23,239 bases of DNA from an uncultured bacterium (lineage in GTDB: Bacteria > Lernaellota > Lernaellaia > Lernaellales > Lernaellaceae): the NCBI GenBank assembly GCA_964534375.1, contig CAZHPN010000086.1:1-23239 (forward strand), given 5' to 3'. Below the pieces are notes generated by a model. It was not told where the DNA came from. It was given only the letters and a program-made list of their open reading frames with translations, and made no database searches. This document shows, piece after piece, positions 17,330-23,239 of the stretch. Numbering within the stretch: the first letter of the stretch is position 1; each line of letters starts with the position of its first letter. A program made the translations under genes and the position numbers.

Positions 17330-17495
17330 ATTTTCGCCCTGCCCTCAAGAAAGGACCCACGCTTACCCTCCGGACGACTCACTCGCGAATAGTACAGTCG
17401 GCGCCCGATCCCGGATCTCTGTCAGGGAACTCGTTGCCGGGCGACGGCTCAAGGATCAACGGCGCCCCGCCACGGGCGTCGTTCTCCGGGCGCCG
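17330..17495 (-). ncRNA. Candidate bridge/seek RNA in the downstream non-coding end of the IS110-like element
   Basis: Enclosing stem CGGCGCCC/GGGCGCCG (17495-17488 with 17406-17399), internal hairpins, and loop segments CGTTGATCCT and TGACAG matching the two strands of the insertion site. Boundaries approximate; no expression evidence. Confidence 0.5.
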
Positions 17496-17847
17496 TCACG
17501 CCGCTGCGGCGGCGCGCCGGACCAATCGATTCACCACAAAATCCTCCCGGCGGACGGCCATCGCCCGGACCGCCGCGGCCAGTTTGCGTCCCAACATCAT
17601 CTTCGCCTCGTTAGCGAGTGCACCGGCGGCCTGCGGTTGTCCGGCTTGAGCAAGCCGCAGACCAGCCACGGCCAGTTGCACCCGGCCTCCACCGCCGCCA
17701 CGATCCGACCGGGGCAACGTTGCCGCGCCACGTCCAGCGCCTCCCAGGCGTTCGGCGCGTTCGCGCTGCGCCCGACTTCCCCGGACGAGGCGACGCCGTA
17801 CAACCACGAGGACGCCGCGTGCAAATCAATCCGCCGATACGTTGCAA
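17496..17847 (-). pseudogene. IS110-family DEDD transposase remnant (N-terminal ~70 and C-terminal ~40 codons)
   Basis: (M)QRIGG/IDLHAASSWL..GEV..PN..AAVEAGCNWPWLVCGL matches the IS110 GIDLH..AVE..NW.WLV start; AKMMLGRKLAAAVRAM..REDF matches the C-terminal A..ALARKLA helix. The central region is absent. Confidence 0.75.
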
Positions 17848-17985
17848 TCTTCCTCGGACCGGCCTCCCTTTTGGTGCCACGGGGTTGTACCCCATTTATG
17901 CCGACCGTTTCGGCGGCCGAGCATCTACGACCGGGAGTCGGTTTTTTCCATGATCAGTCAAAAGAATCGAATCAAATAAATCAGC

Positions 17986-19236
17986 TCAATGCCGGCGGAC
18001 GAAATCGAGGCTGTCTTGCGGCTTGAGGAACGTGTCTTTGGTGGGTATCGGCTGCTGCGGGTCGACCTTCACCGGCTCGCCGAAACGGATCAGATCCAGC
18101 ACCCATAGCGCGTAGAGCGTCTGGTAGAAACGCAGCAACTCCATGCCGGCGCGGGTGCGCACCTGCGCCGCGGTCGTGTGGCCGTCGGCCGCATTCAGCA
18201 GGCGCCGGGCCGGCACGGTCAGTTCGCCCGTGTGCGGCGTCGTCGGAATCAGCGGCCGGCGCAGGCGTTCGCGTTTCGAGAAAATCATCTCCAGCCGTTC
18301 GCGATCGTAGTGCTGGCCGATGCCGGCGAAGATCACGTCGCGCAGCGGAATTGCGGTGTGCACCTGGATCTCGCCCGGCTCGGTCGCCGCCTCGTACTGC
18401 CAGCAGGCGTCGTACCAGCGCCACGAAAAAACGGCGGTCAGCTTCTGCATCGCCTGGTCGCGCAGTTGCTGCTCCAGTTCGGCCGGCGTCAGATACCCGT
18501 GTTCGCAAAGCCACTCGCCGAGCCGTTTGCCGGCGGCGATCTGCTGCTGCGCTTCGGCGATGATGTAGCGGCTGACGCGCCCTTGGACGATCAGCATCTG
18601 GCCCAGCGACATGTCGGAGATGAACGAACTGGAAAGGCCGTTCACCGTCTCGCCGCTCACCCAGACGCGCAACCACTGGCTGCGCCGCTCGACGCACACG
18701 CGGCCGGCGCCCCGCCGGCCCGCCAGCACGAGCACGCGCGCAAACGGCAGGGCGCTGATCGCGCCGCTGTCCGCCAGCGCCGGGGCCGGGTCGATTTCGA
18801 TTTCGTCTTTCGGCGCGGCGTCGCTGATCTCGACGCCCACCCACTGCGTGACCGCGCCCGCGAGCCGGTCCTCATCGAGCGGCTTATGCAGCCAATCCTG
18901 CGGGCCGGCGCTCGCCAGATGGGCGCGATAGTGCTCGGCCTGCAAGGTCGTGGCAAGCATCAACACGGGAATTTTCGCCGTGCGGCGGGCGCCGCGCAGT
19001 TGGTGGACCAGTTCCAGCCCGGAGCCGTCGTTGAGATAAAAGTCGACGAGCAGCAGCGCCGGCGGCCGGCGATTGATGATGCTCAGCGCCTGCGCCATGC
19101 TGCCCGCGGGCTCGGCCCGAAAGCGCAGTTTGCGCAGCATGCGGCACAGTTCCTGCGCGGTTTGGCCGTCGCCGGAGACGCACAGCACCCCCTCGGGCGC
19201 CGGGAAGTTATGCCGATATGAGCGTTGCGCCGTCAT
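17986..19236 (-). CDS. Response regulator: receiver domain plus DUF4388-like domain
   Basis: LLLVDFYL..SGLELV..TAKIPVLML..WLHKP receiver; then SGAISALPFARVL, SLGQML..GRVS, KRLGEWL..GYLT..L..QLRDQ and VFSW. Confidence 0.8.
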   Translation of the reverse strand: MTAQRSYRHNFPAPEGVLCVSGDGQTAQELCRMLRKLRFRAEPAGSMAQALSIINRRPPALLLVDFYLNDGSGLELVHQLRGARRTAKIPVLMLATTLQAEHYRAHLASAGPQDWLHKPLDEDRLAGAVTQWVGVEISDAAPKDEIEIDPAPALADSGAISALPFARVLVLAGRRGAGRVCVERRSQWLRVWVSGETVNGLSSSFISDMSLGQMLIVQGRVSRYIIAEAQQQIAAGKRLGEWLCEHGYLTPAELEQQLRDQAMQKLTAVFSWRWYDACWQYEAATEPGEIQVHTAIPLRDVIFAGIGQHYDRERLEMIFSKRERLRRPLIPTTPHTGELTVPARRLLNAADGHTTAAQVRTRAGMELLRFYQTLYALWVLDLIRFGEPVKVDPQQPIPTKDTFLKPQDSLDFVRRH

Positions 19237-19290
19237 ACTGAATTACTTTAACCACTCCGTTGCGCAAAACCACCGCGCCGCGCGGCCGCG

Positions 19291-20199
19291 TCAGGGTGTT
19301 TTTGCGCGCAACAGGTCTCGCAAAATGCCTGTCAGATTACTGGCATCCGCGTTTTCGATGTTCCGGATGAGAACCACCGGGTCTTCCGCGGCGTCGACGC
19401 GTTCCGCCAGTTTGCCCGCGGTCGCGACGTCCCGCCGGTCGCCCTCCAACACCACGGCGTTGCTGCGCGGCTCGGGAATCGCCGTCAGCCCGCCCGCCGT
19501 TTGCCGCGGCTGAAACCGGCCGCCCTCGTAGAAACTTGTCGCAAAAATGCGCGCCAGCATCTCCGCGACGGCCGTCGCGTTGGCCCGTTTGAGCCGTACG
19601 ACCTGCGTTTCGTCGCGTTGGCCCGGGGCGTCGAGTTTTTTCAGCGTCAGCCGCACCCGTTCGATGTTCGCCGCCGTGGCGACGACCAGCAACCGGCCCT
19701 GCGCGGGCAGCGGCACGACCTGCCCTTCCTTGCCGACCAGCGGCGTGATTTGCGACGCGATTTGCATGGGATCGGTGTTGTTGAGCTCGAAAACGGCCGT
19801 CACAAGGCTCTCGTCGACGGGTTTGGTCACGGATGGGCCGAGCACCACGGGGCCGTCCTGGCTCGCCAGTTCCTGCCGGCTGACGACCCGCGCCACCTGC
19901 CCGTGCAGCACCACGCCCCAGCCGGTTTTCGCCAGCGCCGACAGATATAGCCGCCACAAGTCGTCGGCGGTCAGGTTCCGCTTCGCGGCTTCGAAATGCA
20001 CGGCGCCGTGGAATTCCGCGCCGTAAAGAATCGTGCGGCCGGTGGCTGTCGCGACCAGCGCGGTGAGGTCTTTGAGGTCGAGATCGCCCGAGTCGACGGT
20101 CCAGGTTTGTTTGGCCTCGGCGGCGACGGCCAGGCACAGGAAAACGACGAGCAACCCGACAAGCCGCCCGGCGAACACGCGTGGTTTTTCAAAGCCCAT
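19291..20199 (-). CDS. Exported protein with type II secretion GspD-like N0/N1/N2 domains and no secretin domain
   Basis: Signal peptide (AEA-K); N0-like DLDLKDLTALVATATGRTIL; NolW-like repeats (VFELNNTD..ITPLVGKEG, VVRLKRANATAVAEML..EPRSNAVV..D); stops at 302 aa. Confidence 0.8.
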   Translation of the reverse strand: MGFEKPRVFAGRLVGLLVVFLCLAVAAEAKQTWTVDSGDLDLKDLTALVATATGRTILYGAEFHGAVHFEAAKRNLTADDLWRLYLSALAKTGWGVVLHGQVARVVSRQELASQDGPVVLGPSVTKPVDESLVTAVFELNNTDPMQIASQITPLVGKEGQVVPLPAQGRLLVVATAANIERVRLTLKKLDAPGQRDETQVVRLKRANATAVAEMLARIFATSFYEGGRFQPRQTAGGLTAIPEPRSNAVVLEGDRRDVATAGKLAERVDAAEDPVVLIRNIENADASNLTGILRDLLRAKTP

Positions 20200-20258
20200 A
20201 TTGCCGAATGCCCCTGACTCCCCCGCCCGCCGGCCTCGGCTGGCCGCGAGCGCCGGCA

Positions 20259-20267
20259 GTATACCAG
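20259..20267 (-). promoter_or_regulatory. Extended -10 promoter candidate for the GspD-N gene
   Basis: TGgTATACT on the minus strand, about 60 nt upstream of the ATG. Confidence 0.4.
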
Positions 20268-20330
20268 AAAACGCTTAATTTGCCAGATTTTTCCGCGCCG
20301 GCGGCGATGGTTTTCCGAACACGGCGGTCG

Positions 20331-20675
20331 TCAGTATTCGCAGGTCAGCCACGCCTTCAGTTTGGTTTTTTCGTCGTCAGTGGGTCGCGGCGGCTCCGGC
20401 GGCATTTGGCTTTCGCGGATGACCCATTTCACGATGTCGGATTTCGCTTTTTTGACGCCGGCGGCGGTGTCGAAATTCACCTTGTCCGGCGCGCCGTTGC
20501 GGTCGGCGGCGGCCTTGGCGGAGTCGTGGCACGCGACGCAGTATTTTTGCATGAACGCCCTGCCGAAGTTGTCGTAGGTCAAGTCGCACGTCTTGTCGGC
20601 CGCGAAAACCATCTGCCAGGCCGCCGCCGCGACCCACAACGCCGCCATCGCGCCGAAAAAGATTGCCCGTCGCAT
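20331..20675 (-). CDS. Exported monoheme c-type cytochrome
   Basis: Signal peptide, CVACH heme motif, distal MPP; AAGGAG RBS. Confidence 0.88.
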   Translation of the reverse strand: MRRAIFFGAMAALWVAAAAWQMVFAADKTCDLTYDNFGRAFMQKYCVACHDSAKAAADRNGAPDKVNFDTAAGVKKAKSDIVKWVIRESQMPPEPPRPTDDEKTKLKAWLTCEY

Positions 20676-20693
20676 GTGTGGCTCCTTGATTCG

Positions 20694-21659
20694 CTAAGGG
20701 AAAAGCGAGATGGCGTCGCGTGCTTCGACGCGCACGGCGCCATCCGCCATCACGTTTTGCACGAATGTTCGCTGCACGCGGCCGACCGCCCAGCGCCCGG
20801 CCGCCGTCCGGCCGATGTCGATCTTCACCGCAATGCCGTACGAATAAGCCGCGAAACGCGCGCCAAAAAAACAGAAATCGCCGAGGGAATAGGCGAGCAG
20901 GCGGGCCGGCGCATCGCCGTCTTCTGCAATCGCCGTGACCGGTTGCGGCGTGTGCGAATGGTGCCCGATGACGGCGTCGAATTTCGCCAGCAGCTCGCGC
21001 CCGGCGGCGACCGTCTCGGGGCGCGGATAACACTCCAACTCGTAACCCCAATGCGGAAAGAAAACGCGCAAGGCGTCCGCCCGCGACTCAGCGGCGTTCA
21101 CCGCGTCCCAATGCGATATCGCCGGGCAAGGGCGGTTGCTCCACCGCGTCGCCGACGAGACGAACAACTCCGGCGCCACGCGAACTCCTGGCGCGTCGGC
21201 GGTCCCAAACACGCGGAAGCCGGCCGCTCGTATCGTCGCCAGCGACTGGACGAAGGCTTCCGGCCCGAAGTCGCCGCCGTGATTGTTGGCGACGGAAAGC
21301 CACGTTTTCTCCGGCGGAAACAGGTCGCCGAGCGCGCGCAGGATATCGTCGTCGTGCGCCTGGTCGAAAGGCGCCCGCCGCGGCGCGCCGGTCACCGTGC
21401 CCTCGAAATTCCCGATCAGGGCGTCGCAATCGCGCACAAAGTCGGCGAGTTCGGCGGCAACGAGCAGGCGGCGGCCGCGCAGTCCCATGATGTCGCCGAT
21501 GAACGCGGCCCGAAAACGCGGCGCGATGTCGTTCAAAACGACGTCGTCCGGCAGAAATCCTACGCCGGCCGGGTTGCGCCGGCTCGGGCCGACGAGGTTG
21601 CGCCACAGCCAGCCGAGCGTTTCGCGCGCGTTGTACGGCGTGGGGAGGTTCTGAATCAA
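20694..21659 (-). CDS. CapA/PGA_cap family metallophosphatase-fold protein
   Basis: FIGDIM, GNFEG, VANNHGGDFG, HWGYE, IGHHSH and YSLGDF motifs; TTG start with an AGGGGG RBS. Confidence 0.88.
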   Translation of the reverse strand: MIQNLPTPYNARETLGWLWRNLVGPSRRNPAGVGFLPDDVVLNDIAPRFRAAFIGDIMGLRGRRLLVAAELADFVRDCDALIGNFEGTVTGAPRRAPFDQAHDDDILRALGDLFPPEKTWLSVANNHGGDFGPEAFVQSLATIRAAGFRVFGTADAPGVRVAPELFVSSATRWSNRPCPAISHWDAVNAAESRADALRVFFPHWGYELECYPRPETVAAGRELLAKFDAVIGHHSHTPQPVTAIAEDGDAPARLLAYSLGDFCFFGARFAAYSYGIAVKIDIGRTAAGRWAVGRVQRTFVQNVMADGAVRVEARDAISLFP

Positions 21660-21703
21660 AGATGCCCCCTTGAAGACGGATTATGGACGAAAGTGGTCTT
21701 TTT

Positions 21704-21796
21704 ATCCACAGATTGCACAGATAACACAGAAAAAAATGACCGGGTGTTTTAGATTCTTACATAAAATAATCTGCGAAATCTGTGCAATCTGTGGAT
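21704..21796. repeat. Perfect 19-bp inverted repeat made of 9-nt-period units
   Basis: ATCCACAGATTGCACAGAT (21704-21722) and ATCTGTGCAATCTGTGGAT (21778-21796). Confidence 0.9.
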
Positions 21797-21850
21797 GCCT
21801 TCGTTGCTCCCTCCCATTCCAATCCCTCGCTTCCATGTTATAGTCCCTCC

Positions 21851-23044
21851 GTGGATTCCCTTTACGCCATCGCGTCGTTATTCGCCGGCCCGGGCATTGG
21901 CAACACCGCGTCGCGCGCGGCGCTCGGCCTCTGGCGCGCGGGCCTGCTGCACAAGCTGGTCGCGCTCGGCCACAATCCGACCGACATCGCCGAGGACCGC
22001 ATCGTCGACGTCTGGTTCCCGCCGCGCGGCGCCCTGCGTTTCCTGAGCGACAAACCGTTCTATTGGCTGAAAAACCGCCGCTTCGACAGGGTCTGCCGTC
22101 GCCATGCCGATGGCGACTTCGACGTCGTGCACCTTTGGAACAACCAAGCGTCGCGCACGGCGGCCGAGGTCAAGGCGCGCGGCCAGAAGCTGATCATTGA
22201 GCGCGCCAACTTCCATATCCGCCCGCAATCGCGGCTGCTCACTGAGGCCTACGAGCGCTTCGGCATTCATTATCAGCCGACCTACCAGGAAACGATCGAC
22301 CGCTGCGCGCACGAGTACGAACTGGCCGACCTCGTGCTGACGCCCAGCCGCGCCAGCCGCGCGAGTTTCGTCGGCGAAAACGCCGACCTGGGCAAGGTCA
22401 TCCGCTGCCCGTTTGGCGCCGACCTCGCCCGTTTCGCGCGGCGCGAAAAGCCGCCCGCGCAATTCCGCGCGATCTTCGTCGGCCAACTGGGCGTGCGCAA
22501 AGGCATTTTGACGCTCTTGGAAGCGTGGAAGCGGGCCGCGCTCGACGGCGAATTGTGGCTGGTGGGCGGGCCGGAAGAAGCGATCGGCGCGCAACTCGCC
22601 CCGTGGCGCACGCGGCCCGACGTGAAATTCATGGGCTTTCGCCGCGATGTGCCGGAACTAATGCGCGCGTCGTCGGTGTTTGTCTTCCCGAGCCTCGAAG
22701 AAGGCAGCGCGCTCGTCTCGTACGAGGCCATGGCTTGCGGTCTGCCGCTCATTCTCACCGACGAAACCGGCAGCGTCGCACGCGACGGCGTCGAAGCGCT
22801 GATTATCAAGCCGAACGACGTCGACGGCCTCGCCGCCGCCCTGGCCGCCCTGGCCGCCGACCCCGACCGCGCCGAGCGCATGGGCGTGGCCGCGCGCCGG
22901 CGCGTCGAGCAATTCCCGTGGACCGACTACGGCGATCGCATCGCGCTCATACACCGACTGCTGGCCGAAGGGCGATCCGGCCCGGAGATTCAGCACGCGC
23001 TGGAAGCGCAATGGCCGGCGATGGCGGAAAAAAATATGGGTTGA
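21851..23044 (+). CDS. Glycosyltransferase family 4 (GT-B fold)
   Basis: FVGQLGVRKG and FVFPSLEEGSALVSYEAMACGLP (EX7E). The start is uncertain; GTG 21851 is preferred because the further upstream part overlaps the inverted repeat. Confidence 0.92.
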   Translation: MDSLYAIASLFAGPGIGNTASRAALGLWRAGLLHKLVALGHNPTDIAEDRIVDVWFPPRGALRFLSDKPFYWLKNRRFDRVCRRHADGDFDVVHLWNNQASRTAAEVKARGQKLIIERANFHIRPQSRLLTEAYERFGIHYQPTYQETIDRCAHEYELADLVLTPSRASRASFVGENADLGKVIRCPFGADLARFARREKPPAQFRAIFVGQLGVRKGILTLLEAWKRAALDGELWLVGGPEEAIGAQLAPWRTRPDVKFMGFRRDVPELMRASSVFVFPSLEEGSALVSYEAMACGLPLILTDETGSVARDGVEALIIKPNDVDGLAAALAALAADPDRAERMGVAARRRVEQFPWTDYGDRIALIHRLLAEGRSGPEIQHALEAQWPAMAEKNMG

Positions 23045-23047
23045 AGC

Positions 23048-23125
23048 TCACGCGGAGATGCGGAGGTCGCGGAGCAAAACAAGACGGCCCGGCAAGTCCT
23101 CCGCGCTCTCCGAGTCTCCGCGTGA
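23048..23125. repeat. 27-bp imperfect inverted repeat of CGCGGAG-type units directly after the GT stop
   Basis: TCACGCGGAGATGCGGAGGTCGCGGAG (23048-23074) against the complement of 23099-23125, 23/27 match. Confidence 0.85.
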
Positions 23126-23239
23126 CGCCTTGGCCCGGAAAAAACAAACATCGCGCTGCGCAATCAAAAGGCTTTCTCAGCGATTTTCTCTAACCCAACT
23201 TCGCCAGTTAGGAAAAAAATGAGGGCTGATTTCGCCTGC

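Larger units (their letters stand above)
17299..17956 (-). mobile_element. Internally deleted, non-autonomous IS110-family (IS1111-like) element, about 658 bp
   Basis: Both transposase termini retained; sub-terminal IR GACCCCCGGTTGT (17309-17321) and ACGACCGGGAGTC (17927-17939), 11/13 match; outward-facing TTGACA (17324-17319). Removal restores a 16-nt site identical to 173-188. Confidence 0.75.

Noticed and set aside
15437..17392. 651-aa plus-strand ORF
   Set aside because: Antisense shadow of the DUF6178-like gene, as expected in high-GC DNA; no recognisable motifs.
17292..17955. TGATC direct repeat as target-site duplication of the IS110-like element
   Set aside because: Possible, but boundaries 17299/17956 are preferred because they restore an exact 16-nt match to 173-188; the ends remain uncertain by a few bases.
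20181..21752. 523-aa plus-strand ORF
   Set aside because: Antisense to the well-supported capA-like and cytochrome c genes; Arg-rich shadow composition.

Overview
GC-rich bacterial chromosomal window. The gene content suggests a deltaproteobacteria-like lineage such as Myxococcota or relatives (inference). Left part, minus strand: gltX, a TauE/SafE membrane protein, a diacylglycerol-kinase-family protein and an Fe/Mn superoxide dismutase. Middle, plus strand: oleate hydratase, two 2-hydroxyacyl-CoA dehydratase subunits with no activator, then a coupled dienelactone hydrolase, MFS transporter and anaerobic sulfatase maturase-like radical SAM enzyme. These are followed by a truncated Asp-rich lipoprotein and a decayed IS630. 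Right part: a DUF6178-like protein, a receiver/DUF4388-like protein, a GspD-like N-domain protein lacking the secretin barrel, a monoheme cytochrome c, a CapA-family protein and a GT4 glycosyltransferase. The most notable signal lies in the apparently intergenic stretch 17299-17956, an internally deleted IS110-family (IS1111-like) element that keeps its downstream non-coding region. Removing it recreates GTTGATCCTGTCAAAA, which occurs unoccupied and identical at 173-188. The non-coding region holds two short segments matching opposite strands of that target, as expected for a bridge/seek RNA. Most of the larger intergenic gaps also carry short-period (7-9 nt) tandem or inverted repeats. No tRNA, rRNA or CRISPR array was seen.
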